A DNA stretch of 16,895 nt, from NCBI RefSeq assembly GCF_006345805.1, contig NW_021824977.1, forward strand, positions 1 through 16,895, given 5' to 3'. The notes below the pieces were generated by a model, which saw only the letters and a list, made by a program, of their open reading frames with translations, made no database searches and was not told the origin of the DNA. The stretch comes from Octopus sinensis. Taxonomy: Eukaryota. The translations under genes were made by a program, and so were the position numbers. The first letter of the stretch is position 1. Each line of letters opens with the position of its first letter. Of the stretch, positions 1 to 9,966 are shown piece after piece.

Positions 1-266
1 AGCCGATATCCACCCCAGTCATTCGAACGTCACTAACCTCTTCATGAAATATATCTAATAATTAATTAAAGATAAGGCCATCCTAATTAGCCTTAACATA
101 GAATGAAGCAACAGCAGAAAGAATAAAACTGGGCCCATATCAAACCATAAATAAGCCCTAACCCACTATGTGTACGAATGGGGATACAATCAATAGTGTG
201 AAGAACATACTGGAAACCGAGCCAAAATGGAGGGTCGGATACTGTAAAAAGCATCATAGTAGTGAT

Positions 267-713
267 GGTGCAGGAGTGGCTGTGTGGTAAGTAGCTTGTT
301 TACCAACCACATGGTTCCGGGTTCAGTCACACTGCGTGGCAACCTTGGGCAAGTGTCTTCTACTATAGCCTCGGGCCGATCAAAGCCTTGTTGAGTGGAT
401 TTGTAGACGGAACTGAAAGAAGCCCGTCGTATATATGTATATAATATATTATATATATATACATATATATATATTGCGTGTGTGTGTTTGTGTGCTGTGT
501 TTTGTCCCCCTAGCATTGCTTGACACCCGATGCTGGGTGCTTATGTCCCGGTTACTTAGTGGTTCGGCAAAAAGAGACCGATAGAATAAGTACTGGGCTT
601 ATAAAAGAATAAGTCCCGTAGTGGAGTTGCTCGACTAAAGGCGGTGCTCCAGCATGGCCGCAGTCAAATGACTGAAACAAGTAAAAGAGTAAAAGAGTAA
701 GAGTAAAAGAGTA
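267..713 (+). mobile_element. tRNA-derived SINE, family A (full length)
   Basis: Pol III A-box-like TGGCTGTGTGG (277-287) and B-box-like GGTTCAGTC (~320). Central (TA)/(TG) tract. 3' tail GGCGGTGCTCCAGCATGGCCGCAGTCAAATGACTGAAAC followed by (GTAAAAGA)n. Homologous copies at 1436-1820, 3505-4095 and 10590-10793. Confidence 0.9.
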
Positions 714-808
714 GCAACAGTTTTAATCTAAACGGACATAGATATCATACCATCAGCCTATTGGAACTCATCGTAGTTTCGATACTCACACACGCACACA
801 CTTATAAA

Positions 809-1192
809 TCTCTCTCTATATAAACGGCAGTTTGTCTGTGTGTGTTTCTGTGTGTCTGTTTGGTTGTACCCTCACCCTGACCACGGCTTTCAACCGATTC
901 TGATGAAACTTGACACACACATAGCCCAATGTCATAATTCAAAACTGACGCAGGGAAAATTTTGAAAAGTTCCCCCAGTTCTGAAAAAAATCGATAAATT
1001 CGACATGGGGTCGAGAATCAGAAACACAAACCCCAGACTGTCTAGGGGACGCAACTCGACCTTTTCTAACTCTCAAAAAAAAATTTACCATAATTTTTTT
1101 CCATTTTTTTGCTATTTTTGGCTATAACTCTCTAAAAATGCTTTATAGTTATTTCCCTTACAAACCTGAGCAACGCCGGGCGATACTGCTAG
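809..1192 (+). mobile_element. Non-autonomous Helitron-like element
   Basis: Starts A|TC and ends CTAG|T, with a GC-rich subterminal hairpin (CCTGAGCAACGCCGGG) ~10 nt upstream. 5' region has a GTCT/GT tract and AACCGATTCTGATGAAACTT. No TSD. The 3' ~110 bp is repeated in reverse at 11332. Confidence 0.7.
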
Positions 1193-1435
1193 TATATGAT
1201 ACAAATAAGATGATAATTTTTTGGAACACAGAAACGCCGTTATAACACCAGAAATATTGAGTAAATTAGCCTTACAAAGCGCAAAAATTAATCAACAAAC
1301 GAAATTTGTCAAAGCACTCAGCCGAAGTCTTTGAGGGATGAGTTCGAGTCCCATGTCTGTTTCTTGACAAAATTTCCCGCTTTTTAAAAGCAATTTACCG
1401 GATATTTCTGGGTAAATTTTTCGATAATATAATTC

Positions 1436-1820
1436 TTTTCTCTCTTTTACTTGTTTCAGTCATTTTGACTGCAGCCATGCTGGAGCACCGCCTTTAGTCG
1501 AGCAAATCGACCCCGGGACTTATTCTTTTGTAAGCCCAGTACTTATTCTATCGGTCTCTTTTGCCGAACCGCTAAGTAACGGGGACGTAAACACACCAGC
1601 ATCGATTGTCAAGCAATGCTAGGGGACAAACACAGACACACAAACTTATATATATATACATATATACGACAGGCTTCTTTTCAGTTTCCGCCTACCAAAT
1701 CCACTCACAAGGCATTGGTCGGCCCGGGACTATAGCAGAAGACACTTACCCAAGATGCCACGCAGTGGGACTGAACCCGGAACCATGTGGTTGATTAGCA
1801 AGCTACTTACCACACAGCCA
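1436..1820 (-). mobile_element. tRNA-derived SINE, family A (inverted relative to 267-713)
   Basis: The reverse complement aligns end to end with 277-700 (head GGCTGTGTGGTAAGTAGCTTG...GGTTCAGTCCC; same 3' tail). Confidence 0.9.
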
Positions 1821-2456
1821 ATTATTTATACTTTTAACTTTTTTCCTTTTTCTTTTAATCAATTTATTTTTTAATACATTTCTTGTTTCCAATCGCTTTC
1901 AAAGTTGAAATGTCAAACTATTCCCATAGTTATTTTTCAGTGTTGAGCCACAGATTAGTAACTTTTTGTTGCACAAAAAAGAAAAATTGAATTGATATTA
2001 TTGGATTAATTTATACTTTACATTAACAGGATTAATATCATATATAAATAAACAAGACATTAAACAGGGTGTATGGTCACTGATGAAATTCAAGCACATG
2101 TACTGAAGCCATTCCAGTTGTTTCTTATTTTTCTGTCCTTGAAAATATTGTTTATACAGACGAGTTGTTTACATCATTCGTGCATAGAACGTTGGTTAAA
2201 AATATACAGAAAAGTTTTATAGCATAGGGTAATGAAACTGTTGATCTATAATTCACACACATACATACACACGCATATGCATAAATACACACATACACAC
2301 AATACACATATACATATCTATATACACAAGTATATGTATATATGTATGTGCGTATGAATGTATCTCCTTCTCTCTTTCATTCTCTCTTTCTTTTTTCTCC
2401 GTCTTTCTCTATCTCTCACCCTCTCTGTATACGCGCACACACACACACACACATAT

Positions 2457-2662
2457 TTCAAAATGTAAACACATGTGAATCATTGACTATTTTCTTCCTC
2501 CGTCTTCTCTTCTATTGTACTTTCCTCTGTTTCCGAAGAAGAGCGTCTGCTCGAAACGTTAAACCATCTTATTTCCTTCCCTGAGCATCTGCTAATACTT
2601 TACCTGTACTACGTTCTCACGTTGTTGTTTTTTCGTGTTTGTTCTTCTTTTTTGGATTTACT
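2457..2662 (+). mobile_element. PLE-type 3' terminal repeat (pLTR) fragment with hammerhead
   Basis: Homologous to 12357-12562 (minus strand). Contains an HHR motif and ends TTGGATTTAC directly into (TA)n. Confidence 0.7.
2529..2564 (+). ncRNA. Minimal type-I hammerhead ribozyme (U4C core variant)
   Basis: GTTT-CCGAAGA-A-GAGC gtct GCTC-GAAA-CGTT-AAAC: stem I GTTT/AAAC, stem II GAGC/GCTC, palindromic ACGT stem III (dimer type). Confidence 0.7.
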
Positions 2663-2684
2663 ATATATATAAAATATAATATAT

Positions 2685-2895
2685 GTGGCAGTCCGATAGA
2701 GGACGGTGTTATTGTTGTTTTTAGCCCCAGGAAGACATCTCCAGCTGGCCAACGACACAGTCTGTGTCCGATTAGTATTTGCAAGGGAGGGTCATCGCTC
2801 CCATCTCTAGCCTTACACGACACACGCAGACCCGGGGTTTCTAGATGGTTACCCGTATTTAGTGTGTGTTTATCACCGACTAGTGATGAAAATCG
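2685..2895 (+). repeat. Unclassified ~210-bp interspersed repeat (family X), copy 1
   Basis: Homologous to 3038-3131 (+) and 11074-11287 (-); several internal hairpins. Confidence 0.75.
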
Positions 2896-3037
2896 CATTC
2901 CACCCGCAAAATGCTATCATTTTTCAAGTGACACACTGTCTCTGATTTCGTAAAGAGAGAGATAAGTTATATTAAGCCTTTGGGTGAGAAATAAACAGTA
3001 ACAGTACGGAATCGTAAAATATATTTGCCAACAAAAT

Positions 3038-3129
3038 GTGGCGGTCCTATAGAGGACGGTGTTACTGTTATTTTTAGGCCCCAAGAAGACATCTCCTCCA
3101 GCTGGCTAACGACAATCTGTGTCGATTAG

Positions 3130-3131
<2 letters not shown>
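3038..3131 (+). repeat. Family X repeat, 5' half, copy 2
   Basis: GTGGCGGTCCTATAGAGGACGGTGTTACTG...CTGTGTCGATTAGTA matches 2685-2778; truncated at a microsatellite. Confidence 0.75.
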
Positions 3132-3162
<31 letters not shown>

Positions 3163-3198
3163 TGTGTGTGTGTGTGTGTGTGTGTGTTTGTGTGTGTG

Positions 3199-3230
<32 letters not shown>

Positions 3231-3250
3231 TGTGTGTCTGTCTGTGTCTG
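3130..3250. repeat. Compound microsatellite (TA)n-(TG)n-(TGCG)n
   Basis: Directly visible. Confidence 0.95.
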
Positions 3251-3504
3251 TATTAATAAAAGCGAAATTCTGTCCGTCTAGGAGCCCTGTATCTCAGTCT
3301 ACATTTACTCTACATAGACATATTATACCTTTTTGGAATCAGGACGATAACAGGATTGGAAATCTGTCTTACATTTGATTCTTGAACATCCAGCATTGGG
3401 ATCTGATTTAAAAGCATTTGGGTCGCTATTTCTGGCAGGTAAAGCGACCGTGAGAGGTACAAGAGTTATCTCACTTAGCTTTAAGTTTTACTAAGGAATT
3501 TAGT

Positions 3505-4095
3505 GGTTCTTTTATCTTTTTCAGTTATCAGATTGCGGCCACGCTGGGGCTCCGCTTCGAAGAAATTTGATCGAACAAATCGACACCAGTTCTTTCTTTT
3601 TTATGCATGGTACTTCTTTATTTTTTTCTTTATTTTTTTTTTCTAGTTTCAGCTCAGAGCGGTGGCCATGCTGATGTACCGCTGTTTTGTGCTACACTGT
3701 TATTACGACGAACCTCGTCTAATATGTGGCATTTGGTGAAGAATGGAGTTTGATATAGCTACTCTCATTTGCACCTCTTGCCGTGCGGTAGGTTCATCTG
3801 GGACTCTCGACAGGAAGATGTCCAGCTTTGATTTAAAAACTGCTACATCTACTTTGTGCAAGTTCCTCAGGCTCTTTGGGAGAATATTAAAAAGCTGTGG
3901 GCCCTTGAAACCCAGGCTATTGCAGAAGCTGGTCCTGAAGCGTGATGGCACTATGCAGTGTCGTCCCGTTCTAGCATTGGTGTAGCTTACAATGCTTCTT
4001 TTAGTGAACCGCTAGGTTACGTGAACGTAAACACGGCAACACCAGTTATCAAGCGATGGTGAGGGACAAAAACACACACACACAACACACACACA
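3505..4095 (-). mobile_element. Diverged family A SINE 3' half, interrupted by a LINE fragment
   Basis: 3515-3614 and 3995-4095 match adjacent parts of 1445-1640 (…GGTACTT | CTTTT..GAACCGCTA.GTTACG..GACGTAAACAC…). Confidence 0.65.
3615..3990 (-). mobile_element. CR1-group LINE 3' fragment (ORF2 C-terminus, 3' UTR, A-rich tail)
   Basis: Translation RTGRHC..NSLGFKGPQLFNILPKSLRNL...FKSKLDIFLSRVPDEP is the typical post-RT C-terminus of CR1/L2-group ORF2. Stop at 3703, short UTR, then an A-rich tail. Confidence 0.8.
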
Positions 4096-4381
4096 TCTAT
4101 TCAAATTTTAAAAGAACTCCAGAAATTTGCGAAGTTACAAGTTTTTCATTTAAACTGTATTTAAAGTAAGACCATATTGGTAGGGTACCAATAAATGCTC
4201 TATTATTATGGCTCTCTTTAGTTTGGGGTTGCGGGCCCAATTAGCCCTCAGCAGGAGCTGGCTTAAATGTTTGCACGCAGTGCGACTTTTAAACTGAAGT
4301 GGGAGTTTCTATGTATGAATATGAATGTCTTTAAATGAAAACATCAGTACGTAAATTTTTATCCATTTTCTTCATTTTCTG

Positions 4382-4549
4382 ATATATATATATATTATAT
4401 ACATACATACATACATACATTATATATATATATATATTATATATATTATATATATATATATAATATATATATATATATATAATTATTATATATATTATTA
4501 TATATATATTTATAATATTATATATATATATTTATATATATATATATAT
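4382..4549. repeat. (TA)n/(CATA)n microsatellite at the 3' end of PLE-1
   Basis: Directly visible. Confidence 0.95.
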
Positions 4550-4581
4550 GATCAAAAGAAAACAGGACGCAAAGGACTTTT

Positions 4582-4674
4582 GCGATACATATGTTTCGGG
4601 CTTTATTGAACAACTTATTCTTGTATCAATATATAATTGATATAACAGATAGATCAAAAGCCTTCTTCAGCCGC
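4582..4674 (-). ncRNA. Type-I hammerhead ribozyme of PLE-1
   Basis: Minus strand: GCGG-CTGAAGA-AGGCTTT...AAAGCCC-GAAA-CATATG-TA-TCGC. Stem I GCGG/TCGC, long stem II, palindromic stem III, GTA cleavage triplet. Confidence 0.85.
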
Positions 4675-5146
4675 GTACAATTACCACACCAAAGACATGT
4701 ATCACATTATAACAGGTTTGAGAAAGAGTTTGAGAAAAAACCGAGTTTCATTGGGAAAGTAAATCCTCATAGGCGTACATGGTATTGCGAGACTCCAAAA
4801 CAAATCGTCCATACTGTTTCTTCACTCGATAAAGAATGAATACTGGGTAGATTACTTCATATAGGGGAAGGAATTGGATGTTGAGAGAAAGAGGAAAGGA
4901 GGGGAAGGGGGTGAAACTTTAATGAAGTTGGGATCACAAAAAAGAAAAAATATATATATAAATTTAAAGATAATTATAAAGGATAATAATAAATATAAAA
5001 TATAATAAAAAAGTAAAGTTGTAAAAAAATAAATAAGTATATAAAGATACAAAGGACGTCACGTATAGGGTCATTAATTCTAGAGATGTATTGTGAAAGT
5101 GTAAAAGGTACAAGAAATAAAGGGTAAAAGATAAAATAAAAAATTA

Positions 5147-5177
<31 letters not shown>

Positions 5178-6232
5178 TATGAAAAGTGAAAAGTAAAGAC
5201 GAAAAATAAAAAGGTGAACTTAAAGATAAAGTGAGATAAAAATAAAGAGATACAGAAGAATACATGACAGTTAGCGATGATGGGTTAGAGTTTTGATGCC
5301 GTGGTGAGTGCCGTAAATTATTTTTAATTATCTGGGGGGGGGGGCGATATAGTAGTGGGCGAATGGTCATTTAGTGGCAGTCCTAAGCCACATGCTCTAA
5401 GTCCAAAGTACGTGTGTGTCGAGATACTTATCTACTTTCACATATATAAATGCGTCTGGTGATAGTCTGGAAGTCCATGTCATCCTCAATCAACAAATAC
5501 ACATACAAATACACACACATCGAAATTGCGGGGATGATCCGGTTCTTGACTGAAGATTGTCCACACCTATACGTTCGAAGATTCATTCATGCACACACGC
5601 AAAAAAACCCCACATATTCTAAATGTCTGTCTCGAATACGGTGATATAACATTTATAAATAAATAATTAGCAAGTTAATAATGTGTAAGGGTATAAGGGG
5701 AAATAAAAATTAAAAGATGCGGTAAACTTAGAGAAAAATAAAAATAAAATAAAAATAAAAACAAAAATAAAAATAAAAATAGGGAACAATAAAGTAAACA
5801 AAAACTTAGAGAATTAAAGGATTAAGATATTAAAAAAGATTAAGAAATTAAAAATACAGGAGGAAATAAAGATAAGACTAAAATAAAGGTAAAAAAAATA
5901 ATAAAAAATAATAATAAAATTGGGCTGAAAGAGTAAACTGAGAATAAAAATAAAAATAAAAATAACGGTGAATGTAAACGTAAAAACCCAGGTGGAGTTC
6001 GGAAGGGATAGAAAGGAAAAAGGGAAAGGGAGAAAATAGGGAGCAATCATAAGCGAAATAAGAGAGGTGAGGTAGATAAAAAAAAACAACAAGGGAGAAA
6101 TTCAAGGAAATAGATTCAACATCAAAGAATAGAAGTGGAAAATGAAACGGGAAAAGTAATCGAGAAGTGCTGGAGCTAACAAAGCTGTAAGTGGATATGA
6201 AGATATTACATTGGAGAGTTATGTATATGAGC

Positions 6233-7854
6233 CTAAGCCTTGTAATATTCGAAGGTTTTAGTTAATTTATGCATACAAGATGGCTTAAATTCAGATCTTT
6301 TATTAATTAATTTGTTTTTCTCTTTGAATTTAATGATATTCAGGAGTTCTACGCAACACAGTTGGCACCCTGTTCTATTATTTTTATAAGGCGCAGCTGA
6401 TCCGATCATGGACCACCTAAGGTTAAAATCTATACTATTGTCTATAAGCTCCCAAATTTTTGTAGATAAAGAGGTGCTACTAGCTTTGTGTCTGAGCCTA
6501 AAGGATGACCGGTGGTTATAGAATCTGGATTTCCAGACCGATGAGCAACCAATGTGGGTAAGTGTGTTTAATTGGGTACTTACTTCACAGGAATAAATTA
6601 CGTTTTTAGCTAAACATTTTCCGCGTAAAGGACAGGCTGAAGCATCTGCACAGTTGCATCCGTCATTTGCACTTCCCGGCCGTCTGCTATTACTCCTTGG
6701 GCAGGTAATTTCGGTATGGTTACTGTCGGGGTTGCTATTGTGGTGGATGGAAGTTCTGCTAGTAATTTCGCCGTTGTTACTGTTATTATCACTATTGGTG
6801 CTATTTAAGTTGTTTTGGTCTATATTTCTTCCGCTTCTAGTCCTGATATAGGAACTGTCTTCTGCGTTACTATTATTATTAATGCTAGTTGTATAGCTAT
6901 TACAATTGGTATAGATAAGTTCACGATTATTATTATTCAATGTGGATTGAGCTATCATATTAAACGTAGTAGTAGTATTATCTTCGTTAGTTATACAGTT
7001 ATTGTGTATAACGTTGCCTCTGTTATTGTGATGGGTGTTGTTACTAGCAGTTTCGGTGTTGCTGTTACTGTCCTGATTATTGTTATTATATTGACTATTA
7101 CAATGGTTAAGGTTAATGTTATGGGTTTGGCTGCTATTAATGTTAACACCTGGATTGTTGGGGTTCGAGTGATCATTATTATTTGTTCCTGATCTAGCTG
7201 TTCTAATTTTAATATTATTGTGTTTAGTTATGAGGCAGCTCATGTTAGGTAGAGTTGAGTAGGATATCCTAATCGTTTTGTTTGAGAAGATGCTCCTATA
7301 CTTATGGGTGGGTGGGAAGTTATTGGAAATTATAGAGAATATTTTTTTGCATAATTTACCCTTATACGCTATGTTATATGGTATGTTATACCATATATAT
7401 TACGTAATCTACTGTTTCTACCCCTATGTTCTCTGATATAATCAGTGTTACTCTCGTCGGAAGGGTTTTCATTAACTAATATTCTATTGGTTCGATTTCT
7501 TTCCATTTGTTTCTTAGTCCTGTTAGAAATTAAATTAGAATTTGTATTAGTTGAAACTGTGTTGTTATTACCACTATTTAGTCTAATTTCGTTTAATTTC
7601 AAATGAATAGTTTTGGAATTCTTAGTTCGTTTATAAGGGGGAGTTTTATAGTTGACGGGTGTTCTTGGCGGTTCTTCATAGGATTTTTTGCCGAAAGATA
7701 TTTTCTGGAGGTATCCAGCACTAGACAGGGCCTGGTTATAGTGATGTGCGTAATCATTGAATATATTCCTGTTAGAGGATAATTTAGTTAAGCTGTCAGA
7801 GACGGCTTGGACTGTGGTGCTAATTATACAGGGTGGTTGGTTGGAAGAGTGCAA
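6233..7854 (-). pseudogene. PLE ORF C-terminal half: RT thumb, Asn-rich inserts, CxC-x5-C linker, GIY-YIG endonuclease (one frameshift at ~7395-7400)
   Basis: HSSNQPPCII...LSSNRNIFN...YNQALSSAGY (thumb). After a 1-nt shift: WYNIPYN...FPPTHKYRSIFSNKTIRISYSTLPNM, running into ORF 6233-7243 with CNCADASACPLRGKCL, VIY..HIG, KSRFYNH, CQLCCVE, LINKRSE..CMH. Confidence 0.9.
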
Positions 7855-7855
7855 T

Positions 7856-7866
7856 ATTATATATAT

Positions 7867-7912
<46 letters not shown>
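7856..7912. repeat. (TA)n microsatellite between two PLE-type insertions
   Basis: Directly visible. Confidence 0.95.
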
Positions 7913-7915
<3 letters not shown>

Positions 7916-8578
7916 GAGTAAACACATAAATTGAAACAAGATGGAAAAAAAGAGTACTACTCAAATACCAGGGGTAGAGTAATATGCTTTATTTAAAAGC
8001 AGTGGAAATTTAACAAAGCTGTTACACGGAGTTTCACGTTCCCGTTCGTCGGACAGTTTTGTTAAAATAGAACCGAGAGACAATTCTATCAAGACCAATA
8101 TAAATGTTACACCTTTAAAAATGGATTTGTTTGATTGGTCCTTTCAAATAGCGGTCATATGCGAGCGATAAACAAAAATAAACAAAACAAATAAATGAGA
8201 TCAATATAAAATTTTAAAAATCGAGGAAAAACCTTCAATCGGAGATTTGATTCAAATACATATGTATGTAGTTCTACCTATTACATTTGTGGTTATTTTT
8301 CAAAAGTCCTCGCTTTGGCGCGCTCACTGGTGTTAAATTGATGTTATCAAATTAATATCCAATTTTTCACAGTCATTTTAATTTTAATTTTAAATGAATA
8401 CGTTCTCAAACCGGCAAAAGCTACAGCAAGTAAATCATTTTACTGCGGTGCTCCAGCATAGCCACAGTCATTTAATAATTTTGATATATATTTAAAATAA
8501 TATAAATTAATTAATCTTATGTATTGGCTTAAGTTTTTCATTGTTTGATTTGCCTAATAGTGGTTTTATCTCTAATTT
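7913..8578 (-). mobile_element. PLE-type 3' UTR/pLTR fragment with hammerhead
   Basis: Non-coding block bounded by (TA)n on both sides, with an HHR ~100 nt from its 3' end. Includes a short family A tail-like piece at ~8445-8471. The 5' boundary is uncertain. Confidence 0.55.
8010..8065 (-). ncRNA. Type-I hammerhead ribozyme (U4C core variant)
   Basis: Minus strand: TTAACAAAA-CTGT-CCGACGA-ACG ggaa CGT-GAAA-CTCCGTG-TA-ACAG-C-TTTGTTAA. Extended stem I, GTA triplet. Confidence 0.75.
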
Positions 8579-8777
8579 AATATATATATATATATATATC
8601 TGCAAGCAACACTATAATGTACAAGCGAAACAAAATATACAATATACAAAACAAAATAAAGGCAGTTCCTCTCTGAAACAAAGATAGTACGAGATGTGTA
8701 AAAGTAACACAAGGAAAATGTCTGGAAGGTCCGAAATGGAAAGTAGAGATGGAGAGATAGAATGAAGAGTGAAAAAA

Positions 8778-8784
<7 letters not shown>

Positions 8785-8856
<72 letters not shown>

Positions 8857-8860
8857 TATT
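8785..8860. repeat. (TA)n microsatellite
   Basis: Directly visible; flanks PLE-2. Confidence 0.95.
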
Positions 8861-8894
8861 ATACACAATAATATGTTACTTTACTCGGTAGTCA

Positions 8895-8956
8895 AGATAA
8901 AACTTGAGTTTCAGATGCCGAAGTGGAAATCCACAACCCCATCTCTTCGGTTATCT
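8895..8956 (-). ncRNA. Hammerhead-like motif in the inverted pLTR copy
   Basis: Reverse-complement copy of 9766-9828 with a 1-nt loss in stem III. Confidence 0.55.
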
Positions 8957-8960
8957 GGCC

Positions 8961-9560
8961 TTCAATATAGGTAAATATTTCCTAGCACTGATAGATAGAC
9001 ATTTCCAGTTAACCATACTTAGGAAACTCTTCAATAGACACAATTTAAAAATTAGTTTTAGTTCAACTACCAATTTTAAAAGCATAATCAAACATAACAT
9101 ACAAAAAACACAACAAGAAAACAGCTGTTCATGCGCAGGAAAAGAATGTGCCCGCTAAATGGAGCTTGCATGTCCAAGACCATCATATATGAAGCTACCG
9201 TAAACTCTATAACCACTAAAGACACCGTTTCGACGAAGAAATACGTGGGCCTTACAGAGGGTAATTTCAAGGCCAGGTTCATAACACACTTTTGAGCTTT
9301 AGGCACTGGAACAAAGAAAAGCAACACAATTGTCTAATCATATTTGGTCTTTAGAGATAAAGGTGTCGATTATAACATACAATGGAAAATTTTGGGCCAG
9401 ATGTAAGCCCTATACCAACGGCAGCGGAAGGTGCGGTCTATGCGACATGGAGAGATGGCTTATCTGGAAAAGCAGCTTAGACCCTACTACATGTCTAAAT
9501 ACAAGGACAGAGAACTTTTCGGATCATGCCCACATGTGACTAATTTCTGTTACGTTTTTG
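8961..9560 (+). pseudogene. PLE linker and GIY-YIG endonuclease, multiple frameshifts
   Basis: Across frames: NIGKYFLALIDRHF..LRKLFNRHNLKISFS / CSC / MCPLNGACMSKTIIYEATV...KKYVGLTEGNFKARF / LSNHIWSL / PYTNGSGRCGLCDME...CLNTRT / ELFGSCPH. Confidence 0.9.
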
Positions 9561-9765
9561 TTCCCCTAAAGAAAACAGATAGAAACATGCTTTCTATGTT
9601 ATGTCCCAGAAGATTTTATATATTTTTATATATTTTTTATGTATTTTTTATATAATTTTTATGACGAAAAATGTGAGCGATGTATAAGTACGCAGGCAAG
9701 CAGAGTTATAACATAGTAATTTCCCTTTATTTAACGGTATTTTTTCATAGCGTTTTCAAATAGCC

Positions 9766-9828
9766 AGATAACCGAAGAGATGGTGTTGTGGATTTCCACT
9801 TCGGTATCTGAAACTCAGAGTTTTATCT
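9766..9828 (+). ncRNA. Type-I hammerhead-like motif of PLE-2 (U4C variant)
   Basis: AGATAA-CCGAAGA-GAT...ATC-T-GAAA-CTC a GAG-TT-TTATCT: 6-bp stem I, near-palindromic stem III. Non-canonical extra nucleotide before GAAA and a GTT triplet. Confidence 0.6.
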
Positions 9829-9929
9829 CGACTACCGAGTAAAGTAACATAGTATTGTATAGATAAATTTCCTCTATTTACATAATATTGAGGTCTCTTT
9901 CTTTCTTTTGCTTATCTTACCGTTTTAAT

Positions 9930-9961
<32 letters not shown>

Positions 9962-9966
<5 letters not shown>

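Larger units (their letters stand above)
4550..7855 (-). mobile_element. Penelope-like retroelement PLE-1 (Naiad-like), 5'-truncated
   Basis: RT thumb, linker and GIY-YIG endonuclease at 7854-6233, then a ~1.7-kb T-rich 3' UTR and a terminal hammerhead. Both ends abut (TA)n. Confidence 0.85.
8861..9931 (+). mobile_element. Penelope-like retroelement PLE-2, 5'-truncated with inverted pLTR
   Basis: 8861-8959 is an inverted copy of 9763-9860. Degenerate endonuclease sequence lies between the copies, there is an HHR in the repeat, and both ends abut (TA)n. Confidence 0.85.

Noticed and set aside
900-910. CTGATGAAAC as a hammerhead core
   Set aside because: No stem II between CTGATGA and GAAA; it is part of the Helitron-like 5' motif.
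1339-1352. B-box GAGTTCGAGTCCC as a tRNA or SINE head
   Set aside because: No convincing A-box and no homologous body in the window.
2080-2140. CTGATGA as a hammerhead core
   Set aside because: No supporting stems or correctly placed GAAA/NUH.
4852-6105. Hydrophobic F/I/L/Y-rich ORFs resembling membrane or mitochondrial proteins
   Set aside because: Translations of T-rich low-complexity 3' UTR in several overlapping frames, with no motifs.
6100-7854. Selenoprotein-type (UGA/SECIS) Naiad element
   Set aside because: No in-frame TGA in the reconstructed PLE-1 frame (it ends TAG) and no SECIS was recognisable; TGAs in PLE-2 are explained by frameshifts.
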